This document shows positions 29,365 to 40,302 of a stretch of 64,000 nucleotides of DNA, piece after piece. Where the stretch lies: positions 350,180 through 414,179 of the forward strand of contig SCTI01000002.1 in the NCBI GenBank assembly GCA_004297735.1. The letters are read 5' to 3'. Source of the stretch: Patescibacteria group bacterium. Lineage in GTDB: Bacteria > Patescibacteriota > Saccharimonadia > UBA4664 > SCTI01. The first letter of the stretch is position 1; the number at the start of each line of letters is the position of its first letter. The position numbers and the translations under genes are program-made. The notes below the pieces were generated by a model that saw only the letters and a program-made list of their open reading frames with translations, was not told the DNA's origin and made no database searches.

Positions 29365-31524
29365 TTGTTACGCTTAGGCCATAGCTACTTAAACCGATGC
29401 GGGATGGCATCAGACATGAAGCACTCAGCAAAGCTGATCGCAAAAAAGAGGCTAAATCGAAAACGGATCTTAATATTTACCGCTCTAGTCGCGTTGGCTG
29501 GAGTCGTGGCGATTATCACTTCCTTTGCCGCAGTTATTACCACTATTCAAGCCGAAAACATCAACTTTAGCCGTAAGGCCATTGGCTACGATCCCGCTAA
29601 AAAGGCCATTGCCTCGCTTTACTGGAACGCAAGTGGTTCTACTCAGGTAACCTTACCGACCAATACCACCAACCTGACCATTGTGGCTAAGGGCACTAGG
29701 TGTAACGGTTCCCCAATTATGACCGTTCAAATCGATGGCGAGCAGGTTGCTAGCATGCCGGTATCGGTTAACGCTTGGCGCAACTACTCGATCCCGCTCA
29801 ACCTTCAACCGGGCACCTATATTGTGTCGGTTAGCTTTAATAATGATTATGTCAGAGGGGGTACCTCTCCCTGTGATCGCAACCTGTTCCTTGATACGCT
29901 TAACTTTACCGGTAACGATCCGACCCCCAAGGTAACCACACCGCTCCAGGGGGAGAGTCTGACGTATGCACCCGGCAAGGCCAGTATTGGCACCGGCCCG
30001 ACGAGAGAAGAAAAAGCTTTATCAATGTGGTCAAATGGTATGGCTCAGGGGCAGCTTAATCTAGCCGGCTCATCTAACCGTCTAACCGCCTACATTAGAG
30101 GTGACCAGTGCGATGGTGCGCCATTTATGACGCTTTACGTTGACGGCAAGCAAGTCGTGGCTAAGCACGTCAGGTTTAATAACTGGGGACAGATATCGGC
30201 ACCGGTTGCGGTTGGCTCCGGCCAGCACACCGTAGCGGTTGGTTTCACCAATGATTATGGCCGCCTTAACAGCACAGGGTCATTTATTTGTGACCGCAAT
30301 CTACATGTCGATAAGTTGGTGTTTGAAGGCCCGATGCCGGTGCAGCCACCGGTGCAGGTACTGCCGACGGCGCCAACTGGACTCAAGGTTCTAAAATATG
30401 AGAATGGTAGCGTTACGCTACAGGCAACGGTTGATGCTAACACCGCTACAGCTGGCGTGGGATACACGGTCAACGGTCAGGCCGGGCCACCGGTTGCCGA
30501 TGCGGTGCGAATGGGTAGTGTAGTAACGATGACCATACCCAACATTCCACCTGGCGCAGCCATGGTTATGAAGATGGCCGGTAAGAACGGTACCGGGACC
30601 GGACCGCAAAGTGCTCCGCTCAACTTTACCGCCCCAGTGGCCGCACCAAACTCGCCCCCAACCGCCTTTACCGGCAGCGTGATCGGCATGCATGGTGGTG
30701 CTCGTGACATTGATTACCGGGCAACCCGAAGTCTTAAGCCAAAGCTGGTTCGCGTAGGTGGCTTGTCGGCGACGATGACTCGATCTCAAATCCAGGCAAT
30801 TGCGAGCGAGTACGCCAAGACTAGCACTCGTATTATTGCCCTGGTTGACTTTAATGAGGCGGCACCGAGTGAGGCCGAAAGCCGCAACATTGGAACCTGG
30901 GCTACCATACCGGGACTCGAGGCAATTGAGTTTGGCAACGAACCCTGGCTGCAAAATGAAAGTTGGGATTACGCTCAGTACGCCCGCAGCTATAAAGCGG
31001 CTTACGATGCGGTTAAAGCGGCCAATCCAAGTATGGTGCTGATTGCCCAGGGTGATTCAGCCAACCGTGGTCACCGTCCGGGCCTGCGGGTGATGCAAGA
31101 GATTAAAAACCTCGGTATTAAACCTAAGGCAATTCAAATCCACCCATATGGCCCCGACTACCTCAACCGACTGGGTGATGCGCGACGTGACCTAAAGGAC
31201 GTTGGCTGGTCCACCGGAGTTGATATTTGGGTGACCGAGGTTGGAGTTTCGACCGATAACGGCCGCACCGTTTACCAGGGTGGTACGCCTAACAACTATG
31301 GCTGGAATGCAGCCATGACCTATGCTGAGGCCGGTAAAACGATTGACCAGGTTACTTCTGACCTGCTGGCACAGGGCGTAACGCGCATCATTGTTTACAT
31401 GGGCACCGACTATCGTGCTCCAGGCACCTCGAACGAGCGTGAGTACTACTTTGGCTTAACCAAGACTGACGGTGGCGATAAGGGCGATTTAAGTACTGTG
31501 ATGCGCCGGCTGTTTAACCGCTAA
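29365..31524 (+). CDS. Membrane-anchored modular glycosidase: 2x CBM60-like, FN3, GH-A domain (true start probably slightly downstream)
   Basis: Repeated FxNDY...CDRNLxxD modules, PTAPTGL FN3, FGNEPW, IHPY, WVTEVG. Confidence 0.75.
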   Translation: MLRLGHSYLNRCGMASDMKHSAKLIAKKRLNRKRILIFTALVALAGVVAIITSFAAVITTIQAENINFSRKAIGYDPAKKAIASLYWNASGSTQVTLPTNTTNLTIVAKGTRCNGSPIMTVQIDGEQVASMPVSVNAWRNYSIPLNLQPGTYIVSVSFNNDYVRGGTSPCDRNLFLDTLNFTGNDPTPKVTTPLQGESLTYAPGKASIGTGPTREEKALSMWSNGMAQGQLNLAGSSNRLTAYIRGDQCDGAPFMTLYVDGKQVVAKHVRFNNWGQISAPVAVGSGQHTVAVGFTNDYGRLNSTGSFICDRNLHVDKLVFEGPMPVQPPVQVLPTAPTGLKVLKYENGSVTLQATVDANTATAGVGYTVNGQAGPPVADAVRMGSVVTMTIPNIPPGAAMVMKMAGKNGTGTGPQSAPLNFTAPVAAPNSPPTAFTGSVIGMHGGARDIDYRATRSLKPKLVRVGGLSATMTRSQIQAIASEYAKTSTRIIALVDFNEAAPSEAESRNIGTWATIPGLEAIEFGNEPWLQNESWDYAQYARSYKAAYDAVKAANPSMVLIAQGDSANRGHRPGLRVMQEIKNLGIKPKAIQIHPYGPDYLNRLGDARRDLKDVGWSTGVDIWVTEVGVSTDNGRTVYQGGTPNNYGWNAAMTYAEAGKTIDQVTSDLLAQGVTRIIVYMGTDYRAPGTSNEREYYFGLTKTDGGDKGDLSTVMRRLFNR

Positions 31525-31593
31525 TAAAAGCAAAACGCCCCACCGACCCAAGGCCGGTAAGGGCGCTTGCGCGGTAGGGCGCGGTGAGCGGGG

Positions 31594-31758
31594 CTAGTAG
31601 CCGGGCTCGAACTCGAAACCTTCGAGGTTTTGGGCTGCCTCGCTGACGCGGGCATCATCCTGATCGCGACAGGCCTTGGAGCAGGGCTGGCCGTCGCCGC
31701 TCGAGCGCAGGCAGGTCGGGCAGATCTCCTGGTCGACTGTGAACTCGTCTTCGTCCAT
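31594..31758 (-). CDS. 54-aa putative zinc-finger protein (CxxC...CSxxC)
   Basis: SD AGGAGG; MDEDEFTVDQEICPTCLRSSGDGQPCSKACRDQ...PGY*; overlaps the stop of the upstream ORF; not in the ORF track. Confidence 0.6.
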   Translation of the reverse strand: MDEDEFTVDQEICPTCLRSSGDGQPCSKACRDQDDARVSEAAQNLEGFEFEPGY

Positions 31759-32021
31759 CATCGCCTCCTAAAGCTGTCGGCTGTGAAAAAGAACCTGATG
31801 AGCTTGCCTTCCGTCACCCAGAACCCTCGGCGCCCGAAGCTTCGAAGAACGAAGTGGAGCGGAACCCAGATCGGCGCCAGTATGATGGCAAGGGCTAGGG
31901 CGAGGATGAACATGAAGGTGCCAACGCACAGCATGACCGCTGCGATCACGGCAGCAAGCATTCTCCGGAAGGGGCTTGTAACCTCAGTCCCCTTGCGCTC
32001 GACGCTCAACTTGGTTTTCAT
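31758..32021 (-). CDS. Small hypothetical membrane protein
   Basis: 87 aa, long hydrophobic segment, SD GGGAG. Confidence 0.6.
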   Translation of the reverse strand: MKTKLSVERKGTEVTSPFRRMLAAVIAAVMLCVGTFMFILALALAIILAPIWVPLHFVLRSFGRRGFWVTEGKLIRFFFTADSFRRR

Positions 32022-32133
32022 ATTACTCCCAGGTACTCTTCGGTTGAAGAAATGTCGCTAGTCGTCATATGGACAACCCACCTTCAAGTGAAGGAATTTA
32101 GCTTTATAATAACATAAGTTCTCTTAAAATCAA

Positions 32134-32209
32134 TGGTGGGCCCGGCTGGACTTGAACCAGCGACCAATCGGTTATGAGCCGACTGCTCTAACCACTGAGC
32201 TACGGGCCC
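32134..32209 (-). tRNA. tRNA-Ile2 (CAU, lysidine-type)
   Basis: GGGCCCGTAGCTCAG...CTCATAA...GGTTCAAGTCC...ACCA; C4-G69/C5-G68 suggest a TilS substrate. Confidence 0.85.
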
Positions 32210-32300
32210 GTGATAATACTCCATGATTGTACCAGGTTGCTAACCGCTTGCAATCACCCGCTACCTGTTAATGCGTCGTCATTTGTATTACGCTTAAGGT

Positions 32301-32684
32301 ATGCAACGCGTTCGAGACCAGCTTCGTAAACTACACGTAGGCACCATTATTGGCGTGATAGTGGCGCTGTATATTGGTGTATATCTGGTTCAAACTATTC
32401 AAAAGAATTATGAGCTGCAAAAGCAAATTGATGGCTTACAGCAGGATGTGGCCGGCCTCGAGGTTGAGCAGGATCAGTTAAAGTATAAGATTCAGTACTA
32501 CCAAACCGAGGCTTTTAAAGAAAAAGAGGCGAGGGAGAAGCTGGGCCTGCAGCAGCCCGGGGAGAGCGTACTGATTCTGCCAAAAGACAATGCTCCAGCC
32601 GAAGATGAACAGCAGCAAAAGCCGGCAGCAACCCAAAAATCAAACCTACAACAATGGATTGATTTCCTGATGGGCCGTTCTTGA
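32301..32684 (+). CDS. ftsB: Septum formation initiator FtsB/DivIC family
   Basis: TM + coiled coil + EKEAREKLGLQQPGE. Confidence 0.8.
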   Translation: MQRVRDQLRKLHVGTIIGVIVALYIGVYLVQTIQKNYELQKQIDGLQQDVAGLEVEQDQLKYKIQYYQTEAFKEKEAREKLGLQQPGESVLILPKDNAPAEDEQQQKPAATQKSNLQQWIDFLMGRS

Positions 32685-32720
32685 CTGTAGGGGTAAAAGT
32701 TGGTAATATGCTGGGTACGT

Positions 32721-32797
<77 letters not shown>

Positions 32798-32866
32798 AGA
32801 AATTATGGACGGACTCGATCAGCGATTGCTGGTCGTTTTGTTTGTCGGTACAATTGTTTGGTACAT

Positions 32867-32941
<75 letters not shown>

Positions 32942-32966
32942 GGAATTATTTTGTTATAGTGTCAGC

Positions 32967-33890
32967 ATGAGTTTAACCGAGAAAATTATCTGGCCAGAGC
33001 CGGGGCATTACCTTGTGGCGGTGTCCGGAGGCGTTGATTCAATCAGTCTTTTGTATGCTCTAGCAAAGAAAGGCGACTATAAACTCGATGTGGCATTTAT
33101 TGATCACGGTTGGCGCGAGGTTGAGGGGGAACGCGAGCTGGTTCATGAACTGGCGGGTGCGCTCGGAGTGGAGGTTCATGAGCGGAGCTTAGACCTCAAA
33201 GGCGATGGAGAAGAGGAGGCCAGAGTAGCTCGCTATGGTGCGCTCAAGGAGATTCGAACCCAGGTTGGCGCCCGAGCGTCTGTTACGGCGCACCATCTAG
33301 ACGATCGGATCGAGACGGTGCTAATGCAGGTAATGCGAGGATCTGGTCGGCAGGGGCTTAGCGTACTACGTTCGACCGATGAAATTATCCGCCCGTTATT
33401 GGGTGTTAAAAAGCCAGAGATCGTAGAGTATGCTCAGAAACACGATTTAAAGTGGGTTGAGGATCCAACAAATAAAGATCTTAAGTATCGCCGGAACTAT
33501 GTTCGGCATGAGCTGATTCCGCAGTTGCAGCAGGAGGATCCGGATTTTGAAGATTGGATCATGAGCTTGATCCAGGAGGCGGAAGGCTTGAATCATGAGG
33601 TCGATCTTGGTTTGGCCAAGTTGATTCATGAGCTGACGCTGTCTTCTGGTGATGGGGCTCATGAACTCAGCCGTGAAGCCTTGCGCCGTTTGCCGGTCGA
33701 GGTGTTGCAGGAAGTTTTGGTTTCGGTGTTACGCAAACTCGATCCTTTGGTGCAGCTTGATCGGCGTACGGTTGAGTCGTTAACGATTGACATCAAAACC
33801 GGGCACATTTATCGACCGCGACAGCTGACAAAGCAGTTGTTTGTGGATGCTCAGCGTGATAAAGTAACAGTTGCATTTAAGGCTCACTAA
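32967..33890 (+). CDS. tilS: tRNA(Ile)-lysidine synthetase
   Basis: AVSGGVDS PP-loop, TAHHLDD, IRPLL, EDPTN...RN. Confidence 0.93.
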   Translation: MSLTEKIIWPEPGHYLVAVSGGVDSISLLYALAKKGDYKLDVAFIDHGWREVEGERELVHELAGALGVEVHERSLDLKGDGEEEARVARYGALKEIRTQVGARASVTAHHLDDRIETVLMQVMRGSGRQGLSVLRSTDEIIRPLLGVKKPEIVEYAQKHDLKWVEDPTNKDLKYRRNYVRHELIPQLQQEDPDFEDWIMSLIQEAEGLNHEVDLGLAKLIHELTLSSGDGAHELSREALRRLPVEVLQEVLVSVLRKLDPLVQLDRRTVESLTIDIKTGHIYRPRQLTKQLFVDAQRDKVTVAFKAH

Positions 33891-33955
33891 AGCTGTAAAC
33901 GGTTATGGTAAGAGCGGCTGGTGATCTAGGTGCGCAACTGCAGAAAAGAGGATGA

Positions 33956-35887
33956 ATGAAACCACGATCACGAAGCTTTATTATACTCATAGCCATTGTT
34001 ACTCTACTGTCAATCGTGGCGGTAATGTCGGCACCACAGCAAAAGGCTGAACAGGTAAGTCTTTCTAAGATTATTGACGAGGCTCAAAACGGCAAGATCG
34101 ACAAGATAGTGGTGGACGGCGACAAGCTGACCGCTACCGTTAAAAATGATGCTAACGCGCCTAAGCAGGTGGCCAACAAAGAGTCGGGGGCAACTTTGGC
34201 TGATTATGGCATCGATTATCGCAAGGTGACGGTTGAAACCAAGAGCGATAGCAGCACCACGCAGTACATTGTGGCCGGTATTTTTAGCATTTTGCCATTC
34301 TTGCTGATTGGAGCATTTTTGTTCTTTATGATGCGTCAGGCACAGGGTTCAAGCAACCAGGCGCTTAGCTTTGGCAAGAGTCGAGCCCGCCTGTTTGGTG
34401 GCGATAAAAAGAAGGTGTTATTTAAGGATGTGGCTGGCGCCGAAGAGGCCAAGCAAGAGCTGACCGAGGTGGTAGAGTTCTTAAAGTATCCAACCAAGTT
34501 TGAGGCGCTCGGGGCCAAGATTCCAAAGGGCGTACTGTTGTTTGGCCCTCCTGGAACCGGTAAGACCTTGCTGGCTCGAGCGGTAGCCGGAGAGGCTGGC
34601 GTACCATTCTTTAGTATTTCGGGTTCGGATTTTGTGGAGATGTTTGTCGGTGTTGGTGCATCGCGAGTGCGCGATCTTTTTGCCAAGGCCAAAAAGAATG
34701 CCCCGTGCATCATCTTTATTGATGAGATTGATGCGGTGGGCCGCCAGCGTGGAACCGGTATGGGTGGTGGTCACGACGAGCGCGAGCAGACGCTCAACCA
34801 GATTTTGGTAGAGATGGACGGTTTTGAGCAGGGCGCTAACGTAATCGTGATTGCTGCCACCAACCGACCGGATGTACTGGATCCGGCCTTGCTCCGCCCG
34901 GGCCGTTTTGATCGCCGTGTAACCCTGGAATCGCCAGATGTTCATAACCGCAAGGCAATCCTTGAGGTGCATTCTGGCAACAAGCCGTTTGAGAGCAAGG
35001 TTGATTTGGGTAAGATCGCTAAAAAGACCCCCGGGTTTAGCGGTGCCGACCTGGCTAACTTGGTGAACGAGGCGGCAATTCTAGCGGCTCGCAACAATCG
35101 CAAAAAGATTTCGCAGCGCGATTTGGATATTTCGGTCGAAAAGGTGCTACTTGGGCCTGAGCGCAAGAGCCACATCATGAACGCTCGCGAAAAAGAGATT
35201 ACCGCTTATCATGAGGCCGGTCACGCCATCGTTGGTCACTACATGACTCACGCTCACCCGGTTCATAAAATCACGGTGGTACCGCGCGGTTCGGCTGGAG
35301 GATTTACTTGGAGCTTGCCGGTAGAGGATCGCCATCTTTCGAGCGTGCAGGACTTTAAGGACGACTTAGCCATGATGCTGGGTGGTCGCTTAGCTGAGCA
35401 GCTGGTGTACGGCGAGATCACCACTGGTGCTCAAAATGACCTACAGAACGCTAACAATCTGGCTCGCCGGATGGTGATGGACTTTGGTATGAGCGATAAG
35501 CTGCCTAACCAGGTGTTTGGCAGCCAGCGCGACGCCATCTTTTTGGGCCGTGAGCTAGGCGAGGGCAAGAACTACTCTAACGATATTGCCAAGGTGATTG
35601 ATGATGAGGTGGCGGTACTGATTAGCGAGGCGGCTCAGCGGGCCGAGGATACAATCAAGAAATACCGCAAACAGTTAAACGCGGTGGCTGAGTTCTTGGT
35701 TAAAGAAGAGACCATGGAGGAGGACGACTTCTTGAAGGTTGTTGGCGGTCCCAACAAAAAGAAGAAGTATACCACCCCAATTGATATTGGTGGCGACACC
35801 GGCACCACCCCTCCACCGGCCGCAACTGCCGATAGTGGTGACACCAAAACACCAGAAAAGGCTCCCGACACCGCACCAGCCACCTAG
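33956..35887 (+). CDS. ftsH: ATP-dependent zinc metalloprotease FtsH
   Basis: 2 TMs, [15 protein letters not shown], second region of homology, HEAGH. Confidence 0.97.
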   Translation: MKPRSRSFIILIAIVTLLSIVAVMSAPQQKAEQVSLSKIIDEAQNGKIDKIVVDGDKLTATVKNDANAPKQVANKESGATLADYGIDYRKVTVETKSDSSTTQYIVAGIFSILPFLLIGAFLFFMMRQAQGSSNQALSFGKSRARLFGGDKKKVLFKDVAGAEEAKQELTEVVEFLKYPTKFEALGAKIPKGVLLFGPPGTGKTLLARAVAGEAGVPFFSISGSDFVEMFVGVGASRVRDLFAKAKKNAPCIIFIDEIDAVGRQRGTGMGGGHDEREQTLNQILVEMDGFEQGANVIVIAATNRPDVLDPALLRPGRFDRRVTLESPDVHNRKAILEVHSGNKPFESKVDLGKIAKKTPGFSGADLANLVNEAAILAARNNRKKISQRDLDISVEKVLLGPERKSHIMNAREKEITAYHEAGHAIVGHYMTHAHPVHKITVVPRGSAGGFTWSLPVEDRHLSSVQDFKDDLAMMLGGRLAEQLVYGEITTGAQNDLQNANNLARRMVMDFGMSDKLPNQVFGSQRDAIFLGRELGEGKNYSNDIAKVIDDEVAVLISEAAQRAEDTIKKYRKQLNAVAEFLVKEETMEEDDFLKVVGGPNKKKKYTTPIDIGGDTGTTPPPAATADSGDTKTPEKAPDTAPAT

Positions 35888-35930
35888 GCCGGTGCTGTTT
35901 CGGTTATAGCATAAGCGGTATAATACAAAC

Positions 35931-37505
35931 GTGAGACGTTTCCTGTCATTTCTTAATCGCGGCTCATCGGTGTCGGGCGCGGCCGTAATCATATCTGGCT
36001 CCTACCTTTTGAGCCGGCTACTAGGTTTATTGCGCGATCGCTTACTGGTCTCGCATTTTGGTATTGGGCCAGAAACCGATGCCTACACCGCGGCCTTTCG
36101 CCTGCCTGAACTGCTGTTCACTCTGTTGGTTTCCGGGGCGTTTGCGGTAGCCTTTATCCCGGTATTTACCGAGTTCTATCAAAACAACAAAGCCAAAGCC
36201 TGGGAGCTAGCTTCGACCCTGCTCAACCTGCTAACGGCGGTGACTTTGGTGGTGGCGGTAATCACCTTTGTTTTTGCCGACCCGATTACCAGCCTGATTG
36301 CGCCGGGGTTTGATCCGGCTCGCCATGCGCTAACGGTTGATCTGACGCGCATCATGTTGATCACACCGTTCTTGTTTGCGATCTCAAGTTTATGGGGCAG
36401 CATTGCTCAGTCGTTCCATCGCTTTACCATTTTTGCGCTAGCCAGCGTGTTTTATAACCTGGGTATTATTTTTGGTATTGTCTTTTTGTCGCCGGAAAAC
36501 TCAATCTACGGAGTGGCCTACGGCGTGGTTATTGGTGCGGCTCTACAAGCCGCTTTACAGGTACTGGGGCTATGGGGCTTGGGCTATCGTCACAAGCTGT
36601 CGTTTAAGTTTTGGAGCCGCGACGTACGTAAGGTGGTTGTATTGATGATACCGCGATCAATCGACCAGGGCATTGATCAGCTCAGCTACATGATTGAAAC
36701 AATTATTGGTTCACGTCTGGCTACCGGTAGTCTGACCTCGCTGTATTATGCCAACAACCTTAAAAACGTCCCGTTAGTGCTGATTGGTAATTCAATTGCG
36801 ACGGCGGCATTCCCAACGATGGCGGCGCGGGCGGCTAAGGGGGCGATTCAGCGATTGATCCGTGAGTTCGCGCTATACACGAGGTTAATCTTATTTTTGG
36901 TGATTCCGGCCGCCATCATCACCGTACTAATGCGCGGCTACATTGTGCGCTTGCTGTACGGTTTTGGCGACGTGGTAACCGCCAACACCCTGGGCTGGTT
37001 TGCCGGTGTGATTGTGTTTCAGGCCCTGTTCTTCTTGGTGGTACGAATGTTTTATGCCATGCAAGACACCAAAACGCCGCTGTATGCTAGTCTGGTGGCC
37101 CTCAACTTTACAGTGTTATTAAGCTTTTTGCTATCCGAAATGTACGGAGTGGTTGGTCTGGCTATGGCGCAGTCAATCGTGGCCGCTGGTGAGACGCTGG
37201 TGTTAATTTACTTGCTCCGGCGTCGTTTAGGTCATCTCGGCCTTAGTACTATTTGGTCGGGGCTGTCGCGGATGCTGATTGCCGGGGCGATCATGTCGGG
37301 GGTGGTTTACATTATGGTGGCTCGAGTGTTCCCGCTGTACAAAGCCGATGTTGGCTTTGCGGTGGTTGGGCCTAAGTTTTTGATTATTTTAGCGGTTGGT
37401 AGCCTGGCCTACCTCATCCCTTGCTATTTACTTGATTTGAATGAAGCACACAAGTTTGCCTCCAAGCTCAAAGAGCAGTTGTTGCGCCCGCTGAACTTGA
37501 CCTAA
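35931..37505 (+). CDS. murJ: Lipid II flippase MurJ (MviN)
   Basis: SRLLGLLRD, DAYTAAFRLPE, FYAMQDTKTP. Confidence 0.93.
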   Translation: MRRFLSFLNRGSSVSGAAVIISGSYLLSRLLGLLRDRLLVSHFGIGPETDAYTAAFRLPELLFTLLVSGAFAVAFIPVFTEFYQNNKAKAWELASTLLNLLTAVTLVVAVITFVFADPITSLIAPGFDPARHALTVDLTRIMLITPFLFAISSLWGSIAQSFHRFTIFALASVFYNLGIIFGIVFLSPENSIYGVAYGVVIGAALQAALQVLGLWGLGYRHKLSFKFWSRDVRKVVVLMIPRSIDQGIDQLSYMIETIIGSRLATGSLTSLYYANNLKNVPLVLIGNSIATAAFPTMAARAAKGAIQRLIREFALYTRLILFLVIPAAIITVLMRGYIVRLLYGFGDVVTANTLGWFAGVIVFQALFFLVVRMFYAMQDTKTPLYASLVALNFTVLLSFLLSEMYGVVGLAMAQSIVAAGETLVLIYLLRRRLGHLGLSTIWSGLSRMLIAGAIMSGVVYIMVARVFPLYKADVGFAVVGPKFLIILAVGSLAYLIPCYLLDLNEAHKFASKLKEQLLRPLNLT

Positions 37506-37617
37506 ATAACAGGAGTTTGCATAATACAAGCCACCGTTTAATACAGGTCAGCTTGCTGCGTTGATCTACGCGTAGACACCAAGTCAGCCTGGCGGTGCAC
37601 CAAGAAAGGTCAGTCGC

Positions 37618-38421
37618 ATGTCGACAAGCCTGTATGATATCACCATTGGTCAGCAGACCGAGCTTACCCGCATTTTAGCGGGTGCCGGGCTCGATGCTGA
37701 CATGGTTAAGCGGATTATCCGCAACCCTGATCTCGCTAAGAAGATGATCGGCGAGATCCGACAGACGATTCCGACAAACACCGACCTTTTCGCTTCGGCC
37801 GAGGACATCCTCACTAGGTTTCGCGAGCGGGCAGAGTTGCGGGGGTGGCCAATCACCGCCAAGCCAGGCGGACACCTAGCGCGCAACATGCCGAGGTTCC
37901 CGACCGACAGCCTCGCCGCGCTCTGTCTCAAGATCTGGCTCGGTTCGGCCGAGAAGACCGCCGAGGAGCTGTGGGCGTGGGTCGTCGATTCGCACCCCAA
38001 CTCGTGGCAGTATGGGGGTCTGAAGTTTGACCCCGAGTACTTCGAGCTCCTCGATCCCTCCCGCTACGGCGACGAGCCCAGTGTGGAGTGGGAGGTCATC
38101 GACCTCGGCGCTTACTGGGAGCCGGAGAGTGGCCGGACGGTCCTTGAGGTCCGTGAGCAGGCCGCTGCAAGGAGCGACGTTCTGGCCGATTTTGAAGTCC
38201 TGACGGTCGCGGCCCTACACCCGAACTATATCCAGGCCCAAGACGGGGAGAGCGTCCCTTACCTGGATGTGGCAGGTGTCAAAACCACGCTTCCCGGGGG
38301 TGAGCCCTGCGCACCGTACATCAGCTGGAACCAGTATCGCCGCGGGGTTGGGTTGCTCATGTCCACGGTGGACTACCGCAACGATGAGTGGGCCGCTCCA
38401 GTCATCCTGCAGGGGTCGTAA
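37618..38421 (+). CDS. Hypothetical protein (GC-rich codon usage)
   Basis: 267-aa ORF followed by its own hairpin. Confidence 0.7.
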   Translation: MSTSLYDITIGQQTELTRILAGAGLDADMVKRIIRNPDLAKKMIGEIRQTIPTNTDLFASAEDILTRFRERAELRGWPITAKPGGHLARNMPRFPTDSLAALCLKIWLGSAEKTAEELWAWVVDSHPNSWQYGGLKFDPEYFELLDPSRYGDEPSVEWEVIDLGAYWEPESGRTVLEVREQAAARSDVLADFEVLTVAALHPNYIQAQDGESVPYLDVAGVKTTLPGGEPCAPYISWNQYRRGVGLLMSTVDYRNDEWAAPVILQGS

Positions 38422-38442
38422 CTCACATAACTTTTCGCGGCG

Positions 38443-38485
38443 GGGGCGAATTTGGGATAGATGTCCTGAGTTCGCCCCCCATTTT
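38443..38485 (+). terminator. Hairpin/terminator
   Basis: GGGGGCGAATTTGGGA...TCCTGAGTTCGCCCCC followed by CATTTT. Confidence 0.55.
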
Positions 38486-38513
38486 CGTTCTTATGAGGTA
38501 TAATGCAACAGAT

Positions 38514-40298
38514 ATGAACCAGTCCACCATTCGAAATTTTTGTATTATTGCGCATATTGATCACGGCAAGTCGACGCTGGCTGACCGCATGCTCGAGCTC
38601 ACCGGTACCGTAACCAAGCGTGACATGCAGGCGCAGCTGCTCGACACTATGGAGTTGGAGCGGGAGAAGGGTATTACGATTAAGCTGCAGCCGGTACAGA
38701 TGAGCTGGAAGGAGCATCAGCTCAACCTGATCGATACGCCAGGGCACGTTGACTTTAGTTATGAGGTATCACGGAGTTTGGCGGCCTGCGAGGGTGCGAT
38801 TTTAGTGGTGGATGCTTCGCAGGGAATCCAGGCGCAAACGCTTGCTAATGTGTACTTAGCGATTGAGGCTGGGCTAGAGATTATACCAGTATTAAATAAG
38901 ATTGATCTGCCGGCGGCCGACCCGGAGCGGGTATCGGGCGAGGTGGCCAAACTGCTGGGTTGCAAGCCGGAGGACGTTTTGCGGGTGTCGGCCAAAGAGG
39001 GTCACGGTGTACCCGAGCTGCTGGACGAGGTGGTAGCCAAGGTCCCCGCGCCTAAAGGCGACCCAGACGCGCCATTGCGCGGTTTGGTGTTTGATTCGAT
39101 CTACGACGAGTATCGTGGAGTGTTGCTGTATTTGCGCATCGTTGATGGCAAACTGGGCAAGGGTGATGTGGTTCAGCTAATGGCGAGCAAGCAAACCGGT
39201 AACATTATTGAAAGCGGGGTGTTTAAGCCCAAGCAGGTAGCCGCCCCGCACTTAGCTACCGGTCAAATTGGTTACGTGGTGACCAACCTCAAGTCGATTG
39301 AGGAGGCGCGGGTGGGTGACACTGTAACGCTCGCCAAGGAGTCCGCCAGCGAACCATTGCCAGGCTACCGGGCGGTGCAGCCGTTTGTGTTCGCCGGCTT
39401 CTTTACTAGCAGTGCCGAGCAGTATCCCGACCTCAAAGACGCCCTCGATAAGCTCAAGATGAATGATGCGGCGTTGGTGTTTGAGCCCGAAAGTTCTCAG
39501 GTTCTAGGCTTTGGCTATCGCGTTGGATTCCTGGGATTGCTCCATATGGAAATCATTAAAGAGCGCCTTGAGCGTGAGTATGGCCTGGACATGGTTGTTA
39601 CCAGTCCTTCAACCGACTACGTCGTGAGGACCACCGATGGCCAGAAGTTCAGCGTGCGTTCGGCCAGTGAACTACCCGAAACCAGCCGGATCGAAAGCAT
39701 CAGCGAGCCCTGGATTAAGGGCGAGGTGGTGGTGCCAGGCGATTACGTTGGCGCGGTGATCCAGCTCATCAACAAGATCCGCGGTCTGCAGAATAATATG
39801 AGCTATCTGGACGACTCGTTGGCGCTCATTACCTTTGAGGCGCCGCTGGCCAACGTTCTAACCAATTTTTACGATTCGCTTAAGTCGATCACCAGTGGCT
39901 ACGGTTCCTTTAACTATGAGCTGGGTGACTATAAGGAAGAAAAGCTGGTTCGCCTTGATATTCTGGTCGGTGGCGAGGTGGTTGATAGCCTCAGCTCAAT
40001 TGTCCACCAGGATGAGGCCTACGCTCGTGGTAAGTCGGTGGTCGAAAAGCTTAAAGATGTTATTCCGCGCCAGCTGTTTGAGGTGAGTTTGCAGGCGGCC
40101 ATTGGCGGCAAGATCATTGCTCGCGAAAATGTTCGTTCAATGGGCAAGAATGTGACGGCTAAGCTGTACGGCGGCGACGTTACCCGTAAGCGCAAACTGA
40201 TTGAAAAGCAAAAAGCTGGCAAAAAACGGATGAAGAAGATCGGTAAAGTCGATATTCCACCCGAAGCCTTTATGGTATTGGTTAAGCAGGATAGCTAG
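38514..40298 (+). CDS. lepA: Elongation factor 4 (LepA)
   Basis: IRNFCIIAHIDHGKSTLADR, DTPGHVDF, NKID, GFLGLLH, YGGDVTRKRKL; ATG start at 38514. Confidence 0.97.
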   Translation: MNQSTIRNFCIIAHIDHGKSTLADRMLELTGTVTKRDMQAQLLDTMELEREKGITIKLQPVQMSWKEHQLNLIDTPGHVDFSYEVSRSLAACEGAILVVDASQGIQAQTLANVYLAIEAGLEIIPVLNKIDLPAADPERVSGEVAKLLGCKPEDVLRVSAKEGHGVPELLDEVVAKVPAPKGDPDAPLRGLVFDSIYDEYRGVLLYLRIVDGKLGKGDVVQLMASKQTGNIIESGVFKPKQVAAPHLATGQIGYVVTNLKSIEEARVGDTVTLAKESASEPLPGYRAVQPFVFAGFFTSSAEQYPDLKDALDKLKMNDAALVFEPESSQVLGFGYRVGFLGLLHMEIIKERLEREYGLDMVVTSPSTDYVVRTTDGQKFSVRSASELPETSRIESISEPWIKGEVVVPGDYVGAVIQLINKIRGLQNNMSYLDDSLALITFEAPLANVLTNFYDSLKSITSGYGSFNYELGDYKEEKLVRLDILVGGEVVDSLSSIVHQDEAYARGKSVVEKLKDVIPRQLFEVSLQAAIGGKIIARENVRSMGKNVTAKLYGGDVTRKRKLIEKQKAGKKRMKKIGKVDIPPEAFMVLVKQDS

Positions 40299-40302
40299 GC
40301 TA

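Noticed and set aside
31630-32061. 143-aa plus-strand ORF
   Set aside because: Shadow of two minus-strand genes that have SD sites and translational coupling
38388-38513. N-terminal extension of LepA
   Set aside because: It overlaps the upstream gene and hairpin; homology starts at ATG 38514 after a TATAAT box
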